Shown one piece after another: positions 50,209-61,345 of a stretch of DNA of 64,000 nucleotides (position 1 is the stretch's first letter; every line of letters starts with the position of its first letter). The stretch covers positions 62,001 through 126,000 of the forward strand of contig DF236966.1 of the NCBI GenBank assembly GCA_000708835.1. The letters run 5' to 3'. The notes beneath the pieces were generated by a model. The model saw only the letters and a program-made list of their open reading frames with translations. It searched no databases and was not told the origin of the DNA. Source of the stretch: Klebsormidium nitens. Lineage: Eukaryota; Plantae; Klebsormidiophyceae. The translations under genes and the position numbers were made by a program.

Positions 50209-51660
50209 TCACGACTTGCGGAACTTGGACTCGTCGATGTGAATGCCCTCCCTCTGGGCCCTCTGCTCGGGGTCATCCCCCGAGCTGGCCAGGCCGCCCT
50301 TCTTTCCCATCTCGTGGTACCCCTCGTGCCCCGGCTCCTGCGCGCGGTGGAGACCTCCCTTGTGGCGCCCTGAGGACATGACACGTAGCGCCCGTCAGTA
50401 ATAATGAAAATACGATATGGCGGAGCGGTTGATCTCTACAGTCAAGCTCCTTTCTGTGCGCCATCTGCACTTCATCGTGCGAGTCGAAATTGTCACATGT
50501 CGCACGACTTTGGAAGACAGAGGAGGATTGGAACTCCGATCGGCCTTTTTTCAGGATCCGTGCATCTTCACGCTGTTTTACAGCGGCCATTAACCCTGTG
50601 ACAAAGCAGGTTTGAGCCCATTCGCAAGAAGAGAAAGCTTGATGGGCGGTCGTCATCTTGCGTGAAGTCAATCTGCAAGTAATCAACTCGTCGTTTTGCT
50701 ATGAAAGACCTTTAATACTCTTCAGCTTTCACAACTTCCCAAATGAGGGCTGCAAGAATTTCGGAAGCAATTGAAAACCGGTTCCTTTCCATCTTGAAAT
50801 GATCAGAATCGAGCGCAATAGCTGAATTACCCTCAATGAATCCAGTCGGTTTGGGCACGAGACCAAACCCGATTGATTGACTTGAAAAGACCATCATCTG
50901 AGAAACGAACACGAGCTTTATTTCGGTCGGGGACCCACAACTTGATAGAATCTCGGTTTATTTTGGTCGGGGACCCACAACTTGATAGAATCTCAGCCCT
51001 GCGGATCCAGATTCTCCTTGCATTTTGCACGTCAGGATCAAACAGGAGGCAATCTTGGCACAATACCAAGAAATGTATGTGAGCCCGTTCATATGGAAGT
51101 AAAGTTTGCACACCATGTTCAGGCCTTTGAATTGTCTTTGTAACTTAAGATGCGTTGCATTTGCAGAAGAAAAGGATCCTTAGCGCCTGGGCTTCTCGTG
51201 CATGCAATTCCCCATGCACACCTTACGCCTGGCTTACCAACCCTTCTTCTGCTTTCTCGGTATCTTAAGTTCTTCAGCAAACTTTCCCGCCCTTCGAAAG
51301 GAAGATAGCAGCCATATTCTGAATTTTTGAAATTCCCTGTCGTAGAAACGTTTCCTGAATGCGGATTTTAAAAAGGCTTCCCGCCTTCGCAATCTATCTG
51401 CGCCTGCCAAAGGCAACCTTCATGCACAAAGCCAGAACGGTAGAATTTCACTTCTGAAATCAGAAGATTCCAAACAATTTGGACCGACCTTCTGCGAGGT
51501 GGAGCTGGGCCTCGAGCGACTTCCCGCCCGTTCCCCCGGGAACCACTGTCTCCCCGTTGCGCGCGCGCTCATCCAGCTTCCGCTTCTCCTCTTCCGGCAG
51601 GTTCTTGATCCGCTCGATCTCCGCCTCAATGTCGCGCTCATGACGATGCTCGTGCGTCAT
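50209..51660 (-). CDS. Em: Em-like group 1 LEA (small hydrophilic plant seed) protein, copy 1; exons 51660-51489 and 50369-50209
   Basis: [30 protein letters not shown]|RHKGG...[15 protein letters not shown]...[10 protein letters not shown]; the intron splits AEG|R, as I recall for plant Em genes. Confidence 0.95.
50917..50994. repeat. 40-bp tandem duplication inside the Em copy 1 intron
   Basis: tttattt(c/t)ggtcggggacccacaacttgatagaatctc present twice. Confidence 0.9.
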
Positions 51661-52099
51661 GTTGCTGGCTTAATGTGCGCGCGCGCTCTTGATGTGTGAA
51701 AGGGCAAGAGCGTCAGACAATGCTGGAGAAGGAGCAGCTTCGGTGAACTTGAAGAGAAGAAGCGTCTTTAAGCAGTGCAAGCTTGACATTCCAGGAAGTC
51801 TGGGTCCAAGAAAGGGCAGTATGGGTTTCAGGGAAAGGCAGACTCCCTCTCGTGTTCAGACGTCAGTTATCCTGACTGCACTAGTAGGCTTGAATTCAAC
51901 CAGCTTTTGACCTTCCCAGACTCGAGCTTTTACACGACAAAGCACCTGGATCTCCGCCTGGACTTTGTCGCGTCTGCATCACCTCGGAGACAATCTGTAC
52001 GGACCGTCCGATACTTCGCACTGAACTGTAAATGATAGCTCCTTGCATCAACATACCGCCACGCTAATCTAGTCCACAGGGGAGATATCAAGTTTTCTG

Positions 52100-52860
52100 G
52101 TTCCTGAAACCTACTGTCCCCTTGACCACTAGACCCTTGGCTGACTAACTGACTGACTGACTAAGTGGCCGCTGTCTTGACCGTCTTCACCGTGACCAGC
52201 CTGACTGACTGACCGGCTGACTGGACCTTCAGTCACCCGGCGGACTAACCGACCTGACTGACTGACCGGCTGACTGTTTCCCTGTACCCGGCGGACTAAC
52301 CGACCTGACTGACTGACCGGCTGACTGTTTCCCTGTAGGCTTAACTAGCCTGGCTGACTGACCGGCTGACTGCTCGCGGATACTCCAAGCCTAACCAGCC
52401 TGACTGACTAACCGACTGACCGACTCCCGACTAAAACTCTAACTAGTCTGAATGACCTTGTTGGTATAAAATAATGATATTCACCTTTAGCTCGTCCTCA
52501 GCTCGTCTATGGGGTGTGTCCCAAGCATGACCACCCCGGCCTTCGGCCCCCACCCGCCTACCCCCCCTCTCCACCGTTAGTACCTTTCTGACGTACCGCT
52601 ATTTAACCGGTGCCAGGAGTGCCGCCACCGGTTAGGCGGTCAGTCAGTCAGGCCGGGGGTCAGTCAGGCCGGGGGTCATTCAGGAGTAGGCTCAATGTAG
52701 CTTTCGGTTAGGAGGTCAGTCAGTCAGTCAGGATGGTTAGGATGTCTCGGCAACCCAACCAACCAGTCAGGCAGTCAGTCAGTCAGTCCGGTCAGCCTTA
52801 GTACTCCAGTCCGGCTAGCAATCTTGTGGCCGCGCTGACCGTAGGGTTTTGACCGTTGAC
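52100..52860. mobile_element. Probable non-autonomous DNA transposon relic with inverted arrays of CTGACTGAC subterminal repeats
   Basis: Left arm (52140-52460) is rich in cctgactgactgaccggctgactg and includes a perfect 51-bp tandem (52236, 52287). Right arm (52630-52800) is rich in ggtcagtcagtcagg. Degenerate ends aaacctactgtc / gaccgtagggtttt. Confidence 0.55.
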
Positions 52861-53821
52861 CGGAAACCGGAAACCGCGTTTCTAACCCAGAACTTGAAAT
52901 CTCCCTTGTGGACCGGATTAGCGGGCCCCTACATCAACACGTCTCCTGCTACGATATTTCTAGCGCTTATCCAGCATTAAGCATGGTCGATTTGTTTTTC
53001 ATGCTTGACAGAACACAGCGCAATGTCAAAAAGGTTTCGCTTCGATTGTCGGCTAGCATCCGTTCTTATCCAAGGTCTTTCAACATATTCCTTGCATCCA
53101 AAATGCACATGTGCTCTTCGATCTGGGCTACATGGGTTAATCTGCCCAGTATCATTGTCACGAGCACGTCAAGAGGTCCTTGATAAAGATCCTCCAACAT
53201 TCACGATGCTCGATAAGCATACGCGACGTATGAACAGAGAACGCCTCTTCAATTGGATGATATCATGATGCTAAGCATTTCCCATCAATGCTGACTGGTG
53301 CTTCTAAGGGCACACTCGGTTGCTTCGAAGGCAGAATTAAGTTGCATTCTGTTTGCATTGATTAAGAACTTTATCTGGCAGTCACGAATCCGCTTCATGT
53401 GGGCTGAAGTCGAACGAGACCACTGTGCTGTTCAATGAAACCAAAACCAAAGGTTAATGCATAACATCTACATCCCATCCGCTCCACATCGAGACTTTAC
53501 GACGAATCCGTCCGACTCTGACGATCTATCACCGCTGCAGACTTTACAGAGCACTTGAGCAGCCGGACGCGAGGGCTCTCTGCCCAAACAAACCTTTTCC
53601 CTCTTCTAGCGCCCAGAAATCCAGGCCTCACAAAAGCAGACTAAGACCCGCATTTCCTGTAAACTTGCAGGATCTGGCCCTTCCTCGACTAATTAACACC
53701 TATCATTGATCCTTCACGGCTGCAGACCCGTTAGCAAATCACGAATTGCGCTCTGCTTGACTGGTGCCTTCGTTTCTAGTGCCTCAATCTACAGCTCACA
53801 CCGACGCAGACCATCCTAGGA

Positions 53822-55330
53822 TCACGACTTCCGGAACTTGGACTCGTCGATGTGAATGCCCTCCTCCTGGGCCCTCTGCTCGGGGTCCTCCCCCGACCGC
53901 GCCAGGCCGCCCTTCTTCCCCATCTCGTGGTACCCCTCGTGCCCCAGCTCCTCACGGCGGTGGATGCCGCCCTTGTGGCGGCCTGCAAACAGGACACGTG
54001 GCGATTCCCATTAGAAGCGGAGCACGGAACGGCATTTCAAAATCGCTGGCTGCTGAAGTTGTCATTAGAAGCGGAGCAATGATCTGGTGATTGTGAATTA
54101 GACGCTGCTGGAGTTCGTGCTATGCCATGAGAACACGACAAGCTGTCTTGTTTTGAAGTTCGACGGACTTGCCAGAAGGGCAATCAAGATTCTTGTCGAA
54201 GGTTTGAGAACCGTTCTCAGGGACCAGGGGGCCGGTCATATGCCGCCAGAAAGGGGTCAAGAGTTCCGAAAATAGCAGTCCGTGCCCGTCGTGAGAAAGG
54301 AAACTCAATTGGGCGGAGTTTGTTTTTGGCCTGAATGACATCCTGGAAAGCTCTCAATTCTCACTTCAATCGTCAAATAAGTATATCTGGTTCCTCGCTC
54401 ATGTTTACCTGCTAATACAGATGGAAAAACGTGCCTAAATAAACAGGTTCAAAATTGGATTGTTTAGACTTGTAAAGCTTGCTACCTCCATCTCGACTTT
54501 TCAAGAGAGCCCAAATATGAAAGACAAGATGTCATCCGGAGAGACGTGCACAAGTGGATAAGTTGCAGTTTCCAACACCAGCAGGTATTGATGATTGTCA
54601 AGAGAAAGAAACTTCCGAAATCAATATCGAGATGGAAAACAAACCCGCATCTTCCTTTTCTGAGCGCAGTTCTGAGAATGAAGAACAGTTGAATACAATG
54701 ATGACAGAATCCTGAGTACTCAACATGAAAGCTTCGTGGAATAGCACTGCATTCAATTCTCTATCCTTGAGAGCAGTCAGAGGGTTTTACCATCCTGACA
54801 ACGTTTGACAAACTGTCTGCTTGACCTGCATGCATCCCTCAGAACACTTTACCACTCAATTTGACCGGGTTACCCTTCTCTCCTGCTGCCTTTTCAATTT
54901 TTGATTTTCCCCATGAGCACTGATTCCGCGACCGAGTGGAGAAGATACCAGATATGCAGGTGGGAAAAATCAAAGACCTCTCAAATAATTTTCTCCTCTT
55001 CTCGCTCGACCACAATCATAGACCTTCTTAGCTTGCCGGGATGCTCTTTTATCCCTGCAATTTAAAGAACCCCACAGTTCCTCATGGACGAAACATGCAT
55101 AAGAACCTCACACCTGGGGAACCAGGGCCAACGTGAACTAGACCGGGTGACCAACCTTCGGCGAGGTGGAGCTGGGCCTCGAGCGACTTCCCGCCGGTTC
55201 CCCCGGGCACCACGACCTCCCCGTTGCGCGCGCGCTCGTCCAGCTTCCGCTTCTCCTCTTCCGGCAGGTTCTTGATCCGCTCTATCTCCGCCTCGATGTC
55301 GCGGTCGCGGTGGCGGTGTTCCTGCGCCAT
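53822..55330 (-). CDS. Em: Em-like group 1 LEA protein, copy 2; exons 55330-55156 and 53982-53822
   Basis: [59 protein letters not shown]|[26 protein letters not shown]...IDESKFRKS*. Confidence 0.95.
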
Positions 55331-55510
55331 GCTGACTGTCTCCGCGCGCGCGCTTTTACCTTCTTTTAAGAGGCAGCTTTCCGAAAGTAGCGGGAGCGAT
55401 TTCGAGTGTGGGCCGCCAAGGAAAGAGGAGCTTCGAGGCTTCAAAGAGCAGCAGCTTATGCAAAGAAGGGTGTCTCTCGAGAATCTTGGCACGGCAAGTC
55501 CTGGAGAGAA

Positions 55511-55758
55511 TGCATGCGTAGAAAAGACAGGTGGGTCGATGGGAGACAGGCATGCTTTGGAATGCCAGACTCCGGCGCGGTCTTGAAGCCGGACGAACAT
55601 CATGAAGACGTGACTGCCGCTCGACGCCTGTGCATGGTCACGTGATCATGACGTGTCGTCACGTGCTATTTGCGGGCGTAAAGATTCGGGCCCCTGGCTC
55701 GAGCGCCGAGCCCTTGGCCTGAGAGCTACAACTCAGCAACGCAAGCTACTTGTGCATG
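55511..55758 (-). promoter_or_regulatory. ABRE/G-box and RY cluster upstream of Em copy 2
   Basis: ACGTG at 55608, CACGTG at 55639 and 55660, ACGTGTC at 55651; CATGCA on the gene strand at 55511, 55631 and 55753. These lie 180-430 bp above the ATG. Function is inferred from land-plant Em promoters. Confidence 0.6.
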
Positions 55759-56657
55759 CTAGCCGTCGCTCGGTAATTGGTCGAACCGCCTGCAGGAACA
55801 CCTCAAAGACGCATTCTTGCTGTAGTCAAAAGGCGCCGACCTTGAATGTTTGAGAGTAATTTGACGATTCTGAGAAGGTGGCCGGTGACGACGTACTCAT
55901 ACGTACTGAGATATGAACCGTCCCGGCCCGGTCGACTTCCAACATGGACCTGCTAGTGAAAGCAGTACGTTTAAGCCGTTTCAGCTGATGCTAGCCTGCA
56001 TGTTGCAACCGTTAATGCAGCCGGTTTTGTTGTCATGCGCAATCATCAGCGCCCTGCACTATCGCGATCAGCTGCCTGTGCACGCTGCACAGGACTTTGG
56101 AGATTTGCAAAGGAAGATCGTTATCTTGCAGCTTGAAATCAGGTACGTTGCAATTGGTTAGTATGCTGCTATACTCTCCGAAGTGTCTCGTCGAAGCTGC
56201 TTACTAGTGCACCTGGCAAATTCAGTCTAGGCATATGTAACGGCGCGCATTTGGCTTGGTCACGCGCGCGATGGATTGATCGTCCATCTGCCCTCAGATC
56301 AATGCGCACTCGCATAAAGTCAATCAACCATGCGCGCACGAAATTTGCATCCTGCAGCGCCGCGGCGCAAAAGCAACTTGCTCACACGCAGTCTTACTCA
56401 AGGTTTGCTAAGAGCATGTGACTAATTGAAAAAAATTGTGTTCCTTGATTGCCCTAGAATGCAAGGCTGGCCCCTCGATGATGCATACTATGATGCCTTT
56501 CCTTCTGATGCACTCGCAATTTTATTGCGCAATGTTTCCAGTGGCCGACCCCGTCGGTCATCAATCACCTAAGCAGTAAGTTCGGACAGCGAGCCTCAGC
56601 ATACGTTCAAGTGCATGCTGGGACCAATCGTTTTTACCCGTCAACACGTTCACCACC

Positions 56658-59600
56658 CTAAGCCCTGACGGCCACTTTGCCTAGCTGCAACCGCTGCTCG
56701 CGATACTCACTCGCGGTTTTCGCGCCCTTTCCGGCGGGCGGGTCAATGGCCTCGCCCGCCTTCTCAACCGCGGCCTCAATGATTTTCTTCATGGTCTTCC
56801 CTTCGGGCGGCGTTTGCCGGCGGGGATCGGGCAGGGGCCGGAGCAATGGGTCCGCCGCGTTTCTTTGGGCCATCTCCTTGCACATGTTGATGATGTAGTC
56901 AACTGCAGAGGCAAAAACATGTTATAGGTTATGGTTACGGCGGACTGTTTTAGTGGAGCGGAACAAGAATTCTGTCGTGCAGAATGCGCTTCGGCTATCC
57001 ACCGCGTTGTGCGAGTGTAGCGCGAGCATCGTTCGAACTTTCGAGCTGGAATTCAGGAACCGATACGCTGGGCGCACTCCAAGTCGGCGAACGGGCCAAA
57101 AAGGCCTTTCTGCATGAATTCTGAAAACATTTCTACATACAGAGCTTATGTGTGCTGCCGGGTCCAGAAAGAAGAATCGACAGGTGACGTCAGACAACAA
57201 AAGGACGGCGCAGCGGAGTAGAAACCTGCCGCATTCTGAGCATAAAAGCAGGCAGACCGGCCGAAGCGAGCTCAATAAATCAACTCTCTGGGCTTCAAAC
57301 GACCAACAACACGGGACGATTGCCGGGCCGCCAAGAAGAGACATAAGTTTCAACCCGCAACGGCTTCGGATGCACGGTTGCGTCTTCTCACTCGTACTCT
57401 TGTGAGTGGTCGAGATATCTTAGTCGTGGATAAGATATAACATCTCAGAAAAACATGGAGTCACATGGATCAGCCACAGAAGCAATAAGCTGCCCACCGA
57501 AGTGCTGCCCAAGTAATTATGAGAGCAGGGGACATACTACCAGAAAGGTCGTCAATATGACACATGGATCGCCAACCCGAGACAGCACACGAATCGACAC
57601 CCCACATCAACTATCGCCTGTCGAGAGACGATACTGGTTTCCACTTGACAACAGTAGAGCGCACAGAAGCTATCTCGATCAGGAAAACTTGCTTCGTTCT
57701 TTTCGCACATACGTCCAACTGTGCCATTTGAGACCAACACATGGGAACTAGTGACAACAACGAGGATCAGAATCAATCAACGTTCAGCAAAGCGAGTCAC
57801 TCCACTCGAATCTGGGACCAACCACTTCAACAAGCACTTAAACACAAGCTCAGGTATCGAGACGAGCTCCCCACCTGTCGCTGGCTGCTGCTGGTTCAGC
57901 CCATCCCGCAGGTCGGTATGTACCCGGAACCACCCCCCGAGCAGCTTGAACATGTGCCCCTTCACCATACGCATCGGCACCGGGTACTTCTTCACCATCT
58001 CCAGATACTCGATCGTCACATCGATGACGTCAGGCGGCGTCATCAGCGGGAGCGCGTGCCACGTGCCGGGCTGGGGGACGTCTAGAGCTTCCGACACCCT
58101 GCCAGAAATCTCGGCGGGGGGGTCGATCTCGCGGCCGAACATGGCGGGGTCTTCGAGGAGGGTGTCGGCGGACAGGACGCCGTCCGCGCCCGTGAAGGCC
58201 ATGCAGGCGCGCACGTCCGAAAGGTTGCGGATGTTGCCGTTGGCCAGGACGGGGATGCTGACCTGAATAATGGAGAACCGCGAGCGGAATGAACAAGGTT
58301 GAACGCTTGTTTAGATTTCTGAACTGGAAAATGAAAATACAGCCGGTCGACTAAGGATTTGCGAATGTTGCCGTTGGCCAAAATGGGTATGGTGAACTGG
58401 CAACGGGAATCCATGATGACAAGACGACTTCGGTTGATCTGCATATGGTTGAGAACTTGGCTTGGTTGAATAGCTGTGAAGCGCGCAGTTGAATCGGACC
58501 TATATTCTCGGTCAACATCTGCGGGGCTTATGAAAGAGGAGGTCAACGTTTAAGAAGCACGGTCGGTCGATCGAAGTTCGAAGCTGGCTGCACCTGAATC
58601 TCCAAGTCGCGCTCTTCTTTCCTTCCACAGAGGCTTTCCAGAGGAAAGGATGTCGAGTGTACGGATACAGAACGTCTGCCAAATCTTGTACTCTGAAAAA
58701 TCCTCACTCACTGCTGCCTGACGGCCTTTCTCACGAGCGAACCCGCCAGAAACCCGCACGGAGAAGATCCACAAGAATTCGTCGACAGTTCTATAACCTC
58801 AAAGCCCACCAAACCGCTGCCCAAAGTCACAAACCAAGATAAGACAATCCCAACACGTGTATCCTAAGCAGCCAGTCGCTTACCACCTCCCTTAAGGCCT
58901 TTGCTCGCACGCCAGTCCACCGCGAGCTCCTACCAGTACCTGATGACCATTCTAAAATCTTGTAATCCACAGCTTTGGCACCAGATTGCTGCCCAAATGG
59001 GCCCTCGCAATAACGCTCCACTCACCGCCTCCCTGACGGCCTTGATCACGTGCCAGTCCGCCGTGAGCCGCGCGCTCTTCTGGTCCCGCGTGCGCCCATG
59101 GACTGCCAGTAACTGACAACCCGCTTCTTCCAGCATACGCGCATACGCTATTGTGTCGTCGATGCTCGGAAACATCCGAATCTTGCAGGCAACCGGAACG
59201 GAAGAAGCGGCGGAGAGGGCGGAGACGATAGAGCGCACGAGGGGGAGGTCGTCCATCAGGAAGGAGCCGTAGTTGCCGCGCTTGGCAATGGCCTGGGGGC
59301 ATCTGAAAGGGAGGACGGGAACATTTCAGGACCGCTTGTAGCAGGAGTTGATGAGAATCTGAAAGCAGAAGAAAGTACATGCGCTACTTCGGTCCTCGGA
59401 CCAGTGAAGGGTCTACATTGCTCGATACTCTTTTGAAAACATTACATCTTCATGAAAGATGGAAAGCAGGCAACTGGGGTAATCCAGATGAAAGCAGCCG
59501 CAATTCTAGTTCACAACAGAGAATCAAAAGAAGGCTCTAGCTCAAAGATCTGCGCAAACCACAAACAGCAGAATGTTGTGGCATCTGCAATGCATTTGCA

Positions 59601-61005
59601 GCTGAGAGTCAAGCATGAGGTGAGAGACAAGGAAGAAGTGGGGGCAAGAATCTTACCCCAAGTTCAAATCAATGTAATCACAGTAAGGCTCCACGTAGCG
59701 CGCTGCTTCCACCAGGGTATCGGGGTTGTTTGCGCAGAACTGGACAAAGAGGGGCCTATCCTCCTGCAAACCGTATGGATCTGACATCAACAAACTTATC
59801 GAAAGGGCAGCCTCCTAGAGTGAAGAAGAGGTCAGGAGATCTGAGCGCTTTGAAACAGCCAGAGGCCACGGTGAGCATTGACCTTTAGACAAGCTCGCCG
59901 CCCGCAGGTGAATCAGCTTCAACCTCCTCGAAGTGCACCGTGCGCCAAAGGTGATACTTGCTGGACCTACATAAGAAGCATTACATTGCCGGCACACATA
60001 CTTCTTGCGAAGCCAGAAAAGTAAGTGAATGGAGTAGGTGAATGCAGCTTCATCCTACGTGAGTGACAGAGAAACCCACCCACATCACGCAGGCCACAGC
60101 AAGACCATGCGCCACAAGCTCCTGGATGCTCGGCAATCTCTACTTCTACAAACACTACAAGCACTACAGGCGCTGCAAACACTACAAACATCCCAGCTAT
60201 AGACCCAGGGAGGCGATCAGCTCACTGGGCATGTCGTGAAGTGCTCCTTCCTGTACCGCTCGCTGTCCACAAACAGCCGGCTGTGCAGCATCGGCGTGTA
60301 GGCCGCATCTGCCCCGTGCTTCCTGCACAGCATTCTGAAGGGCAGCTCCGACTGGTCCACCATCGGTGCCACAATCCTCCATGGAGACCCCAGCTTTCTG
60401 TAGTGCTCCCAGGCCCGCTGCGCCCTGGGAGAAAGCCCCGGGGGAATGCCTGATCTGAGTATCATGAGGGGTCTGGGGGTGTTCTCTGGAGGTGAGGGGT
60501 TAGGGCTGCTTTGAGCAGGACCGTCAGGCAATGCTGATGTCATGCCTGCAATCAAGGGTTCGGGCTCTGTAGGGCTCACGTCAGCGATGGGACCGTCCGT
60601 GCTTGGGTTAGTTGCTGGGATGTCTACGCGCGGGGCTTCAGGGCGTGTGAGTGAAGCGTCGGCGGCGTTCAGATCAAAGGGCGGTAGCTTTTGCTTCTTC
60701 AAGGGGCTGGCTGCATCCATTTCAGCCACTACTTTGGTGCCGCCCGCACTGCAGCAACTTAGTGTTGTACTACAAATTAGGTCTGTTTCAGTCCGCTTGT
60801 CAACGGAAGTACAGATTTGTACTACAAATCTGTGATTGCTGTCCCTCCCTGCGACAATGACACTCTCGCTGCGCCGCCGAGCAACCAGGGAGTTGGGTAT
60901 AAATCTCAAGGAGCATACCTTCCTTCTTAGACTGAAGGCTGAAGCTTGAAGGCCTGTCAAACAGCCAAGGTTGCTGTGCGAGAAACGAAGAACCGCAGCC
61001 GCCAT
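56658..61005 (-). CDS. DUS1: tRNA-dihydrouridine synthase, DUS1-like; exons 61005-60226, 59763-59657, 59302-59026, 58262-57875, 56902-56658
   Basis: [45 protein letters not shown]|[51 protein letters not shown]; all junctions in phase. Confidence 0.93.
58345..58407 (-). repeat. Single decayed copy of the DUS1 acceptor plus exon start, 134 bp upstream of the true site
   Basis: Minus strand ttgccag|ttcaccatacccattttggccaacggcaacattcgcaa versus attcag|gtcagcatccccgtcctggccaacggcaacatccgcaa. Confidence 0.8.
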
Positions 61006-61345
61006 AAAAGTGGCGCCTCTTCTTTTGTCATGCTGCTTGGCCTTCTCTTGAACTTGTTGATCATCACCATTCGACCACCATTACCGTGTGCAAATTTAGG
61101 GTTTAGGCGCCCCTTTTGAAACGCTGGAAGGCGGTGGTCTGTAACGCCGGCTGGGTTAGCACCTCAGGTTCTTAACGAGGAAGCTTTAACGGTCCTCATT
61201 CGAAGATTGAAGTGGCGACTTACATGGTCAGGAGTTTAACCCAAAACAACCTACCACGTTTAGCAGTAGTTTCTGCTCTGTACCTGCAGTCCGCAATGAC
61301 CTTGCGCAAAATCACACCTCTGACAGTGATACTGAAGCAGTGAAG
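61006..61345. promoter_or_regulatory. Short divergent intergenic region (DUS1 / F-box gene) with a telo-box
   Basis: 340 bp between head-to-head start codons; TTAGGGTTT at 61096-61104. Confidence 0.45.
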
